A stretch of DNA of 63,747 nucleotides, filler included, from Olpidium bornovanus S191 (Eukaryota; Fungi; Olpidiomycota), in NCBI GenBank assembly GCA_017911155.1. It is 29 parts of 29 records of this genome, joined end to end, with 100 filler letters (N's around TTAATTAATTAA, not from the genome) between each part and the next. Parts side by side here need not be neighbours in the genome. Positions count along the whole stretch, not along the records: positions 35,100 to 37,417 come from JAEFCI010012680.1; positions 37,518 to 38,663 come from JAEFCI010013449.1; positions 38,764 to 41,818 come from JAEFCI010005382.1; positions 41,919 to 44,311 come from JAEFCI010012952.1; positions 44,412 to 46,728 come from JAEFCI010007665.1; positions 46,829 to 49,129 come from JAEFCI010000775.1; positions 49,230 to 50,700 come from JAEFCI010011962.1; 22 more parts are not named here. One strand, 5' to 3'. The notes under the pieces are model-generated. The model did no database searches and was not told the DNA's origin. It saw nothing but the letters and a program-made list of their open reading frames with translations. A program made the translations under genes and the position numbers. Of this stretch, positions 36,928-49,230 are shown one piece after another. The stretch's first letter is position 1, and the number at the start of each line of letters is the position of its first letter.

Positions 36928-37518
36928 TCCGTTCCCGGAGAAGCCAAAGCGCGCGCCCCGATCCCTGTGAGAATTTTGGGTTATTTTTTATTTTATTTTT
37001 ATTTTTCTTTTTTTTTTTTTCTTGGCGGAAACAGAAACATGAAACAGGGAGCGAGGACCCCGGTCTGCGGCCGTTGCCCGCTCGCCCGCGCGGCCCGCCT
37101 CTTGGCGACGCCCAATGCCCCTCGCAACTCGCAACCTCCTCCCCTCGCCTCGCCAGGTCGCCGGCCCTAGTGCCTGCCCATTTCTGCTGCTGCGTGAACG
37201 GGGCGGGAGCGTTTGACTGCTTGCGTGGGCACTGCGCACTGCGCAAAAAAAAAGAAAAAAAAATAGGGAAAAAAGACGAAAAAAAAGTGCGATCGTCGTC
37301 TGCGGTCTAGCCCTGGCTATTCCGCATCCAACATCCGGGGCCCCCCGCAGTTGGGGTTACAGAGCAGTAGTCCGGGCAGCGGCCCACAGGGAGGGTGGCA
37401 CTAGTAACCACCTAGCCNNNNNNNNNNNNNNNNNNNNNNNNNNNNNNNNNNNNNNNNNNNNTTAATTAATTAANNNNNNNNNNNNNNNNNNNNNNNNNNN
37501 NNNNNNNNNNNNNNNNNC

Positions 37519-38472
37519 ATGGGTCTGATCGTTTATCAGCAGCCTTCGTCCTTTGGTCTTGGCGGTGGGGGACCAGCGAAGATGACTGTCGTGGAGCGGA
37601 TAGAGGGTTGGCAACCGCTGGACCACGTCGTACGGCTCCTTTCTGCGCGGTACGAACGGTGCAACCCTTCGATTATGAGCCTTCGTGCTGAACGGGCGGA
37701 GAGGGAGGCCGCGCGCCGCATTCGCGAGATGCAGGATGCGGCATACGCGGAGAGCCTTAAGGTAGACCGCGAGAAGGAGCGCCGCGCGGCCGAGGAGCGG
37801 GAACGGGTTCGGCTGGAAGAGGAGGCAGCTCGGATGGAGAAAATCGAGAGGACACAGTGGGAGGAGGTGGGTCAATTGTACCAGAAGGAATCATTGTGGT
37901 GCGTACCACCCAGTGGCCGTACATTAACGTGCTGACCGATGAACCTTGTGACTCCGTCCGCTCGTGATGCGAATTCACGACGAATGCAGGCAAAGCAGCG
38001 TCACCGTGTAAAATTATTGAGAGCCTTGCCATCGGAACCGACGGGGATCAACGGCGTCGCGCGGCTCAGTTTCAAGCTGCTTAGCGGAGAACGGGTCGTG
38101 CGGCGGTTTAGGCAGACTGAGCCCGTTGAGGTAGGCAAGTCTCGGTGGAGAGTTCGCCTGCGTTGTTTTGCCGATTGCCAAGCCTCACGCAGGTTCCGGA
38201 ATGATCGCGTGCAGAACCTATACATTTTCGTCGACACTCTCCCGCTCACCCGGTCTCCGCCGGACACGGGGGACACAGTAGAGGACGCGACGTCTGACAC
38301 GCTCACTGCGGGGGGAAAATTCTACGCACACTCGTACGACTTCGTTCTCGTTGCCCCGTTTCCCCGGAAGGAGTATGACCAACTGTCACTATCGCTCGAA
38401 GAGGCTGGAGGGCTTTGTCCTAGCGCGGGCCTGATTGTCGAGATGGCTGATACTGCCGAGGACGAGGGTTAA
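37519..38472 (+). CDS. UBX-domain Cdc48 adaptor (FAF2/Ubx2-like), C-terminal part, 3 exons, 5'-partial
   Basis: End of a UAS-like domain (MTVVERIEG), coiled coil with IREMQDAAYAESLKVDREKE, then UBX (ARLSFKLLSGERVVRRF, FVLVAPFPRKEY, LEEAGGLCPSAGLIVE). Two GT-AG introns. Confidence 0.85.
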
Positions 38473-38763
38473 AAGGAGTTTCTCTGGGCGTCGCTTTGCG
38501 TAATTAGAGAGTGAAGTGTAAGCGAAGGCGGCTGTAATTCCCAGTCGCTGGTATGTTTATTTTGTGGCCTAGTATTATACGAACCGTGCCGTGTCACCAG
38601 GTAACCTCGCGTGGGTCATATGACGGAGTAGAGCCAATTTTTGCGGGAGAGCCACGAACCATGNNNNNNNNNNNNNNNNNNNNNNNNNNNNNNNNNNNNN
38701 NNNNNNNTTAATTAATTAANNNNNNNNNNNNNNNNNNNNNNNNNNNNNNNNNNNNNNNNNNNN

Positions 38764-39495
38764 CATGTTGCTGGCGTCGCTGCCTTTGGCAAACCGAAGT
38801 GGCCGGGTGAACACAAACTGCGACAAATCGGGCATACCGGGCGCAAAATACACCGTTCGCCCAACATATACGCGGGTCTGGTCCACGCCTGCCGCTGTGT
38901 CAAAGCGCAAAGAATACAGCGGGTGCGACACCTGCCCGAACACGTCGAATATCTTAACCACGCGGCGGAGGTCGCGGCGGAAGTTGCCGAGGGTCATAGC
39001 AAAACGTCATCACAGGGAGAAACAAAAGACCGCGGTCAACCACGATATCTCGAGAGCAATGGGGAATCAAAACGTCACAGCAATCTCAACAAACCTTTCC
39101 CAGGCTAACCCGATCATCCAGGAAAAGTACGCTCTCAATGTCCAAAACTTTCTCTTCTCCTGACGTGGTGGCCCGGATGATAACGACTGACGCTACCACT
39201 CCCTGTATTACGCCAACAGGTTCCAGCGGAACGAATTCAGGGAGATGAATTTCCGGACACTCGAGAGGTGGCAAATCCTATAAGACGACGGAAGAACTGT
39301 GGTAAATAACACGGAACGCGATCGCTCCAGAGCAATCAACTGGCTCGCGGTTGCCCTTACTGCAAGCTCGTTCCTCGTTCGAGGTTGATTGCTGGACCCC
39401 CTGGAGTCCTGACCGTCAGCGTCATCTATGCCGTCAAATTCAACAAGAGCCTTTTCCCGCTCCTCCGCTGTCAATTTCTTCGCGGTCATATTGAG

Positions 39496-39547
<52 letters not shown>

Positions 39548-40700
39548 CTCACATCGTCGGACGAGTCGCTGGAGCCGCCGCTGCTAGTGCTGCCGGGATT
39601 AAGAAGCACGGAGTGAGAATAACAACGCGTTATCCCGACGTTTTCCCCCCACGCTGCGCGGCATACCTGACGTCAGCTTCGCCTTCGGTTCCCTTTCCGG
39701 CTTCCGCGGTGTCCACTCCTGTCGCTGGCACCTTCACAGCCAAACCGGTGGGAACGGCAGGCTCAGCCGGCCATACGCCGCCGGAGTCCACAGACGGTTG
39801 GACTGGGTGCGGTGGGTGCAACGGGGGCGACGCAGCCGCGGGGAAATTGTGCAACGGAAGCGGGACTGCAGTCGGCGGCAAAAGAGCTTCAAGCGACGCC
39901 GGCCACGTGTCGCACGGCGGAGCCTCCGGCGCTTCCGCGCGACCGGCGCGTGGCACGAGCGCCACAGGCGGTTGTCCTGGGTGCGGCGCGGGCGGCGCAG
40001 CCGAGAAAACGCGCAACGCGGGCGGGATTGGAGTGGCCGGCGCAGACGGAGCTTCGAGGAGCGACGGCGGAGCGGCGTACGGCAGATCCTCCAGCGGGGT
40101 AGGCCGGGCGGCGCTTGGCAAAACTGCCGACGGTTGTACTGGGTGCGGCGGGAGCAGCGCAGCCGGGGAAACGCGCAACGGACGCGGGACAGCAGTCGCT
40201 GGCGCGAACAGATCCTCGAGTGGTGCCGCCAAACCGGCGCAAGGCAGCGCCTCAGGTTCAGGAGGTGGCGCCGGCCAGCAACCGACGCGCGGCAGAGGCT
40301 CGAGTGGCGCTGGCCAACCGGCGAACGGCAGAGGCTCAAGCGGCGCTGGCCAACCGGCGCTCGACAGGGAAGGAAGGATCCCGTCGAAAACACCGCCTGT
40401 ACCGGAGGCGCAAAGAAGTGGCAGAACAGCCGGGACGTCGCAGACAGTCGCTGATGGCGGCGGGAGCACCGCAGGAGCAGCGGGGCCGACGAAGCCTGCG
40501 TCGTCGCCGTACAGGCTTCTCCCGATCATGTCGTCGTCGTCGTCGTCGGCGACGGCGTCGCCCCAAAGGCCGCCAGCAGTCCCGGGGAGAAGGCCGGGCG
40601 CAGGTCCGCCGGGGGGCGAACAAAGCGCGGCGTCAGGGCCGGTGGCCGGGAGAAGCGGCGGCGCTCGCGCGGGCGACGGAACGGCGCCGGAGTCGGCCAT
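38764..40700 (-). CDS. NAF1: H/ACA RNP assembly factor Naf1 (Gar1/Naf1 domain), multi-exon, 3'-partial
   Basis: Acidic SDD tract, PRTRNEL, LEPVGVIQGVVASVVIIRA, VLDIESVLFLDDR, IFDVFGQVSHPLYSLRF and KGSDASN. Confidence 0.9.
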
Positions 40701-40975
40701 TGCGGTGTTGGTTCGACCGGGACAGGATGGAGTTCTCGAGGAAAGAGAGAAGAGTCTTGCGCCGGTTTCGTCCTCTCCCTCCTCCCTTTACCCCCTTTGC
40801 CGCCTTTACTCCCTTTACCCGCACGTGACCGCACGTGACTTTTGCCTTTTCCTCATAACCCCCCCCCCTTCTTTTATTCTTCCGCCCCCCCGCGATCCCC
40901 CCCCCCCCCCCCATCAACCAAAAAAAAAAAAAACAAAATACTCAGAACCGCACCGAAAACGTCAGGCACGAAACG

Positions 40976-41731
40976 ATGCAGGACCCGAAGGCGGAGTTCG
41001 AGGGCTTCGTGGACGCCGTGATCAGCAAGCAGACGCCCAGCGGCGAGCTGAGGCGCCTGCTGCGGAGGTGTCTGGCGGAGGACGTCCTCTTCGACCACCC
41101 GCTGTTCATGTGCAAGGGCGTGGACGAGGTCTGCGGGCTGTACGAGTGGTGGAGGCTGCTGAACATCGAGGTCCGCGTGGCCAAGTTCAACCACGTCGGT
41201 GCGTGCTGCGGAGCAGCCCCGGTGTTGCCTGGTGCTTTTCGTCCGCGCTCGTGTCCTCCCCCCACCTCCCCACGCCGCTCCCGCTTTCCGCCGCCTCCTT
41301 GTTTTCCCGTCCGCCCCACCACCCCGTTACAAGGAACTGCGGCCGCTTCACTCTTTTTCAACCCCGGCTCACGATCTTCCGCGCGGCGGACCTCGCTCTC
41401 CCGGATGCCGCTCCGTTTGCGGGGGGGTGGGGGAGGGGCTCCAGTCGTCGACCTCGACCAGGCGGTCGTGTTCACGGACTTGAACGAATACGTCCACCTC
41501 TGGACGCTCCCGCTGCTACCGTTCGAACTGCGCATCATATCCCGCTTTGACCTCGCGCGCACGATCGAGGGGTGGGTGATCGCCCGGCAGACCGACTCGT
41601 ACTCGCTGCTGAACGTTTTCGAGGCCGCGTTCGGCGCGCGCCCCGTCGTCGTGGGGATGAAGCGCCTCGTTCTCAGGAGCTGCCTCTGGATGCTTTCCCT
41701 GCTCACCACGAGCGCGCAAAGGCCCGACTGA
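40976..41731 (+). CDS. NTF2/SnoaL-like fold protein, 2 exons (40976-41198, 41445-41731), about 169 aa
   Basis: LAEDVLFDHPLFMCKGVDEVCGLYEWW and FDLARTIEGWVIARQTDSY fit NTF2-like proteins. The GTGCGT..CAG intron removes a low-complexity insert in phase. Confidence 0.65.
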   Translation: MQDPKAEFEGFVDAVISKQTPSGELRRLLRRCLAEDVLFDHPLFMCKGVDEVCGLYEWWRLLNIEVRVAKFNHVGACCGAAPVLPGAFRPRSCPPPTSPRRSRFPPPPCFPVRPTTPLQGTAAASLFFNPGSRSSARRTSLSRMPLRLRGGGGGAPVVDLDQAVVFTDLNEYVHLWTLPLLPFELRIISRFDLARTIEGWVIARQTDSYSLLNVFEAAFGARPVVVGMKRLVLRSCLWMLSLLTTSAQRPD

Positions 41732-41767
41732 GAAGAGCCGGGCAGGAGCGTGCGCGGGAGGTGTGGG

Positions 41768-41805
<38 letters not shown>

Positions 41806-42771
41806 GAAGGGAGGGGGGNNNNNNNNNNNNNNNNNNNNNNNNNNNNNNNNNNNNNNNNNNNNTTAATTAATTAANNNNNNNNNNNNNNNNNNNNNNNNNN
41901 NNNNNNNNNNNNNNNNNNGGAAAATGGGGTTAGGAGCGCGCAGTGCTCGCCAGACTGCTTCTGGTCTGACCAAACATTCGGCGGCAATTTCGAAAGTGGA
42001 GGACCTCCATTCGAAACAAGGCCAGGTTTAGGCCTCATGGGGAGTGTTCGACTCTCGTTCATGTGTATCCTACAAGGTGCGCGAGATTCAACTTGTGGTC
42101 CCAGGGAATGTCTGAGAACACAAACGCGCGTACCAAAAGGGCCCGCGGTTGAACCGCTGGCCCTCCCTTTCATTTTCTACGGTGCTCTCCCGCCCTCCCT
42201 CCCCTTCCCCCTCCCCCCTTCTCCCCACGCGAGATCGCCGCCGACGGGCATCAATCGTGGCCCGGCGCAGCCGCCTCTTCTCGCACCCGCTCTGATCCCA
42301 GCAGGACACGGGCCTTAGGGCGCCCGCTCTCCTTTGTGACCGGGACCCGCGCGGGACGAGCGCGCGTCCCGGTCGGCGTTACCAGTCGCCCAAAGCTGCC
42401 GCCGGTTGCGAAGATTCAGTCCGCGCTCAGGTTTCGCAAAAGCCGTTGTGTGTAAACGAAGAGGCCTATGCGTTCCCGGGGGAAGGATGGGGAAACGGCG
42501 GAAGAATAAAAAAAAAACCGGCCGGTACGTGCGCTCGCGCGCCCGCGTGACATGTGTGTCTCTCTGTTTGTGTGTGACACGTTATCAGACCTCGATCCCG
42601 ATTGATTCCCTCGGCGGGGTGACACGTGCGCTCCTCTGTTATTCGCTCGGAACCACAGGGCGGAGAACGCAGCCCGGGGAAGGGGGGGGGGGGAGACAAA
42701 AAAAATTAATGAGGGGGCGTGTGTCGCCGGGAGTGGTGATAGAGTTGGTACATGTATTGGAGCGCGGCCGT

Positions 42772-44123
42772 TCATGGCGCGCCTTTGTTTTTCGGCCGCA
42801 ACATCCTGATCGCGTTTTTGCTGAAAACGTAACTTGCACCGGAGGCACAGGTAGTACCTGCCACGATCCATCTGCCGGCACCGTTTGCGCATGCGACCGG
42901 TGTGGGGGAGGGTGGTAAAGGGTGGGAGCGAAACGAGGAGCCAGGAAGGGTTGGAGGCAAGCCAAAAACGTCAGCACACGAGAAGGTTAAAAAAAACAAA
43001 ACCAGAAAATAAAAAATAAACCAAAAAACAAAGAGTACAAAAAGCAAAAAAAAAAAAAAAAAAACCAAAATATTACAAAAACAAAACAAAACTAAGAAAC
43101 AAAAAAATGCAAAAAAAAATAAAAAATTAAAAAAAGACAAAAAACCAAAAAACCAAAAACGAAAAACGGCAAAAAACTCTGAAGACTGACGTCCTCCGGG
43201 GTTTAATAATCAAAATATCGTACCGCAGCGCCTCCATAGTCGTCGAGTCGGTGTACCCGAACACCGGGGAACCCAGCGAAGCGGCGACGAGAAGGAGCTG
43301 CAGGGCAGTGTTTACCTGTACGCGGGACAAAATTTGCAGTTTTTGACACCGTGTCGCATTTTTGCGTCCGGCGGAAAAAAAATTAAGTAAATAAAGAGAG
43401 ACCGGCGCCGGTTTTCTTTTTGGTTGTTGTTTTGGTCAGGCGCGCGCGTGCGAGAGAGAAAGAAGGCGACATTTCCGTCGGAGCCGCGCGCATTCGAGGG
43501 GTTAAACGATAATGTTACCTTGCTTATCATTGTCGGCCTGACTTCGGCCGAGGGCAAGCTTAAGTCAAAGTAGCGCAACAGAGTCCTCTGGTACGGCAAG
43601 TTCATTCGACGACCAACAGAAAATAAAAGACCAAAAGGAAAAAAGAAAAAAAGAAGAAAAGGCAGCCGGACAAAAACCGTCAATCTCTGCGTGCGCGCGG
43701 GAATGGGTTTAAAAGAAAGGGGGGAAGAGGGGGGGGGGAAATCGATTGACCATCGGATTCGACTGGGGCTCACCGGTGGTTCCAGAGACACATATCGATA
43801 GTACGCGGCACCAACGACGAGCCCCACGTCCCGGGCAACTATGACCGCAACAAGCGGGACTGCCGTCGCAAGGGAAACGTTGGGGAAGGGGCGGAGGAAT
43901 CCGGGCGCACGTTTTGCACGCAGCAGACCAACGCGGGATGAAACCGAAACCGAGGGCATGAGGCGCTGTGGGACCTCAACAGGTCGTGGCTCGCACCTGG
44001 CAAGAGTCCTTTCATCGCAAGCGTCACCGTCAGGATCGTCACGAGGGTCTTGTCCGCCACGGGGTCGAGAACGGACCCGGCGAGGGTCCGCATCTGGTAA
44101 TTTCGGGCGATGTAGCCGTCTAC
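42772..44123 (-). CDS. CRD1: Cardiolipin synthase (CDP-alcohol phosphatidyltransferase), multi-exon, 5'-partial
   Basis: VDGYIARNYQMRTLAGSVLDPVADK (CDP-OH transferase motif), VIVARDVGLV, RYFDLSLPSAEVRPTMISK, VNTALQL, and a last exon WIVAGTTCASGASYVFSKNAIRML. Confidence 0.9.
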
Positions 44124-44262
44124 CTGACGACGTTCGGCAGGGGCGAGTCAAGGTTCCGCGAAACAGCTGACCCGAGATCGGACCCTGCTCCGTCGAGCCT
44201 TCGGGGTCTGGGCATCGACTCAAGACTGCCCTCCTTAATGATCCGCCCACCACCACGCCCCT

Positions 44263-44311
<49 letters not shown>

Positions 44312-44480
44312 NNNNNNNNNNNNNNNNNNNNNNNNNNNNNNNNNNNNNNNNNNNNTTAATTAATTAANNNNNNNNNNNNNNNNNNNNNNNNNNNNNNNNN
44401 NNNNNNNNNNNACATTTTTGTTCCGTCGACCTCAGGTGCACAACTGATCCCCGGGCGCTGGTGGCAAAGGAAATGAGAGA

Positions 44481-46362
44481 TTAAACGAGACAGGCGCCCT
44501 TGGCCTGCAGGACCCTCCGGATTGAATTCATGGAGCACGCCGAGAAATCGTCGACAGGCGGGCCGTCGCTTCGAACGGCAGCTGCCATGATATCCCGGTC
44601 GCCCGCACACGGAGTGGACTCGTCGTGGCTGCAGAAGAGCGTCCGGAGAGAAAGCAGCCGGTCAGGTGATGCGGTTTGCCGTCATAGACATACTTTTCCG
44701 GACAAAACGCACCCCCCCGCTTCCCCCCATCCCCGCCCATGCGATTGAAAAACCTACCTCGCCCCGAACCCGTGGCCGATTTCGTGCGCCACGGTCGCGA
44801 CCCACTGCACAAAAAAAAAACGAAGCGCGGAAAACTTTTACGTTAGCCTTTTGTGCCTTGGATGAGCACACGACCGAAATTTTGGGGGCCAATGAACCCT
44901 TACGAACCGCGGAAAGGGGAAGTGCGGTACCCCGGCTTCCAATGTGCGTGGAAACGCCGGTGTTGGAAGATTTCGAGCAGATGCCGCCGCGAACGTCCCT
45001 GTCCGGACTGCCGACGAATGCGACACCGAGCGTGGCACCGAAAGTCCTGCTGGTGAAGAGATGCGCAACGCAGATGTCATTATCGAGTGCAATCTGGCGT
45101 CTTGTGACCGCGCTGGTGAAGGTCTTCAAGACGTCGGACACAACGCCAATCGTGCCCTTCCCGTTGTTCCGGAGCTTGAGGTTGTCTTTCTTGTCAACGT
45201 AGACGGCGCCAATTCTAAAGCCGATGCCGAAGTTCCTCTGGTAGATGTCCTGTACGTCGGCCATGACCGAGACCATCTGTTTGACGGTCCTGTCGCCGAA
45301 CCGCGCAACGAAGGTGCTGTCGGCGACGAGCGCGACCTTGCAGTCCCTGTTTACTCGCAGGACGGTGCGGGAGCGCGCCTGGCGCTTGGTGAGATTGACG
45401 GCGGACTGTCCGTCTTGAGCATTCTCGGCGTCGACGATCATCAACCGCATGCCCGGGTCCTCCGGCGACACGCTTTGGGGTTGCGCGGCGAATTCTTTTG
45501 ATTTATGCCAGGTGACTGGTTCCGTGACGCTCTCCGTTTCCTCCATTTCCGACGAGCTTTCCACGCTCTGTTCGTTATTACCGCCAGTGTCGGGTATGTT
45601 TTTGTCGTTTTCGTCTAGCACATGTGCGGAACGCTTGGACATGTCGCCGGCGGTCCGTGGGAGAGCGGCGGTTTCGCTGGGGAACATATCGTCGTAATTG
45701 ACGTCGTCGCCTTCAAACGAAGGGAACTTCTCGGCCTTGCGGTCGGCTTTGTTGTAAAGCACTGTCTGATTGGTCCCGTCGAGTTTGTCGACGAAGATAG
45801 TCTGCTTTATTCCGTTCTCGCCCAGGAGAGTGATCTGACCAGTCAGACCGGTAGCCCAAAAAGTGAGCGATGCGCTGGACGTCGTCGGCTGTCCCACGAC
45901 AGTACCCGCAAAGAAATCGTCATCAAGCTCATTTAAACGGGGATACCTGATGCCATCGGCAAAAAAAAGTGAGAACGGGCGGGATTCAAGCAGCAGGAAA
46001 CTAATATACCGGCAAAAAGGCATGATCCGTAACCATACCCTTCGAAAAGTTTTTCGTTCAACTCCACTCTCAAAGTAATGCTTCGGCCGAAAGATTCCCA
46101 CGCGTCCAGAGTCAATGGCGGGATGTCTGCTCTGTTTTTGAAATGGGTTTTGTAGTCCAGATCAAGGAGGTCGTGCCTGGGGACCCAAGAATCCTAATGA
46201 CGAGAAGAATGGACCTCGTCAACCTCCGGCTGTCCTGCCGGTTACCGCGGCCATTAAGCGAAACCTTGCGGCTCTTACCAGTGTTTCTTGGGAGATGGCA
46301 TTCGCGCGGTCAACGACGCCCAAGACGGCCAACGCCAATGCGATCGTCAATGACACTTTCAT
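44481..46362 (-). CDS. Secreted zinc metalloprotease, M12B/reprolysin (ADAM-like) with signal peptide and prodomain, about 6 exons
   Basis: Signal MKVSLTIALALAVLG, prodomain FGRSITLRVELN and FFAGTVVG, catalytic domain CKVALVAD..CVAHLFT..GVAFVG..GGICS. Spliced zinc motif HEIGHGFGASHD (exons 44804-44758 and 44628-44481), Met-turn DIMA and FSACS. The junction of exon 1 to exon 2 is unresolved. Confidence 0.85.
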
Positions 46363-49230
46363 GATGAACAATATCCTAATGTCGGAGAACCTGCGATCAC
46401 TAAAAGATATAAAAACAGCCCCGGGCCGGCGAATATGGGAGAGGGAAAGGGAAAAGAGAAGCGTTTGACGGGAGGATGTCGTGCAGTATATGTGCTTGAG
46501 AGCGGCGGGGGAGAGTTCTCCAGGATCCTTCACCTTTGGCGCCACACGGCCGCGGGGAAAAGGGCCCGGGGGTTTATTATGCGAAACCGATGGGCCGGGA
46601 CCAACGGCATGTAGGTCCCAGTCTCTTCGAAGACCCCATCTATACAATATGGCTCAAACCATCGACGTGCGAACTTACGATGCGTTCCTAGCTCCGTTTC
46701 AATTTGTTCGTTTCTGCGCAGAACCCAANNNNNNNNNNNNNNNNNNNNNNNNNNNNNNNNNNNNNNNNNNNNTTAATTAATTAANNNNNNNNNNNNNNNN
46801 NNNNNNNNNNNNNNNNNNNNNNNNNNNNATATCGAAGGTGCGGACGCGCAAACCCGCGGCAAAGCGCGAAACCCGGGAACCCTGCGATCCTGCAAGTCTT
46901 GCGGATCTTCGAATCTACGCACCAGCGGGCAGCCCCGAGGCGTTGCATGTCAACAGGATTTTGAGGGTTAACGGTGGCCCCAAATTGGAGCACAAGTCCT
47001 GAGACGAAGGTGTGATCGGTGGATTGAGCCCAGTCGCTGTCGCTGGAAGCGAGCGGGCTTGGCTGGATGACGTCGGCGTTTTCGGCGCGGCGTGCGGTAT
47101 CAAAGGATGTGTGGCACGGATAGAGTACGCCGAAAATCTGGGGTCGAGGGTGCGAAGTCGAAGGTGCGAAAATGATGGATATCCGGGGATGTGTCGCCAG
47201 TAGCGCTGCGATCAAAAGGAACAACCCGACGGTTAATCGTGGGATGGTTGGACGCGGCGTTGACAGAAGAAGCGTTAAGTAAGACGGTTTCGCGATTGAG
47301 AACGGCATTGACAATTACAACCTAAGGCAGGTTTGAGGTCAGAGCCGGCGGTGTTTCGGTCTGGTTCGCTTGCGGGTTGGGTTGCCCGGTGCGACTGGTT
47401 CTGCTGTTGCTGTTGCTGGGTTTGGCGCTTTTGGTTGATTTTCGCTTTGTCGGCGTCAGCCATGAGTTCCGAGATGTGCGCGCTGCTCGCCGAAACAGCA
47501 GATGACCTCAGACCAAGGAGTGAGTTTACCAGCACGCGTTTTGTAATGGGTGTATGTGGGGTTAGTTGAATTCGAGGTTTTCAGGGCGTTCTGCGCGTTA
47601 CACTTTGTGGTATTGTTTTTCTTGTGTAGCTGATTCCCTAGTTTTCTTTGAGCACGATGTGAGTTTTGTATTTTTGCGACCAACCATTCTTGAAAACGCC
47701 ATCCAAGTCGGTGAATCGCGTTCTTTCTCATCGAGTTGATTGAAAAGATTGTTAAGGCATACTTAAAGGCTGATAGTCAGCCACTTTTTGAATTATTTGC
47801 ATGTTTCCTTTTCCAGGCCATTTTGTGCTGCTTCCTCCAGCAAGGCGTAGTCGATATCCGGGGCGGTCATCTTGAGAGGGAGAGGGAGAGGGAAACTTCT
47901 CAAAGAGAAGGAAAACAGGTTCTCTCCTTTCCTTCGTTTAGGCTCCTCGGCGGTGCGGAGCAGCAGCGGCAACGTCTCGTCGTCACCGCCTTTCTCCCTC
48001 TTCGGCGCCGCCGCTTCGAAACTGCTCCTCCACCTTGGACGCGGCGGAAGGAGGGATGTACACTCCACGCCTGGGACAGGAAACGAGACTGGGGCGCCGA
48101 ACGCCTTTTGGCAGTACCACGCGAACGAGCGGGTGATAAATCAGAGCTTTCCTAGACAGGAGCGAATCAATCATCGTGGGCTGGTACAGCACGAGTGCCA
48201 CCAGTACGGACCGGTGCACGACGAATTTTTGTTTTTTTCTTTTGGTTCGGGCGGACGAACGGGGGGGACTCTGCAAGGGTCGCCAGCCTGCGTCGACGGG
48301 ACCGGTCAGGGTCCACATGGACGATACTCTTATGCGGCAGAGTTTGCCACCGGATCCGTACCGAGGGTGGGGAAACGCGTGGAACGCGTGGTACAAGTGC
48401 ACCACCTTCGCGATTACGAAACAGCCGGGCCCCGGCTAGGACGGCGAGCGGAAAAGACGTTTGCGACGGTGAAGAGAAAAAGAGGCAGCTGAAACGGGGG
48501 AGAGGAGGGGGGGGGGAGGGAACTCTGGGGAACCGTCGGCGGATTTGCCCTCGGGGATTGGGAAAAGCGGCAGAAGGAGAAGACGGCCCAGGTTAGGAGT
48601 CCGTTTGGGCAGGAAGAGGTGAAAACCATAAGCTCTTTGACAACTGAACCGTATTAGCAAGGATGTGGCTCGGGATAGACAGATAGGTACAACAGGTGGC
48701 GTGACCGCAGCCGCGTCCGGCTTGCGCACAACGAATGCCCCCTCCGCCGCAGACAACTCGCGATCTACGAAATCGTCCGAGTGCGATGGACAGCAAAAGC
48801 AGGTCCCGTCGACGGGGAACCCGTTTTGTCGATCCGCTTACGGCGCCCGTGTTCGGGGCCGCCCTTTTTTCAAGAACTGCTTCTGCCGAGCGGGACGACC
48901 CCGTCACTCAATTCTGCTTGTGTTCCCCCCTTGCAAACGTCCTTCAGAGCGGCCGATGGACGTAACACGTCCCCATCGGCAACCCCGGCGTGCGGACGCT
49001 CAGGCGTGTTCGGCAATATGGACGATGAAAACGTGTTGGGGTTCACCTCCTGATTCCTCAGCCCGCAACACGGTGATCAGCACGCGCGGCGGACAGGTCC
49101 AAAGAGACCGGCGCGGAATTAACATCATGNNNNNNNNNNNNNNNNNNNNNNNNNNNNNNNNNNNNNNNNNNNNTTAATTAATTAANNNNNNNNNNNNNNN
49201 NNNNNNNNNNNNNNNNNNNNNNNNNNNNNC

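Noticed and set aside
48173-48193. IVGWYST, an MPN-domain (eIF3f/Rpn8-like) motif
   Set aside because: I could not build in-phase flanking exons resembling an MPN domain.
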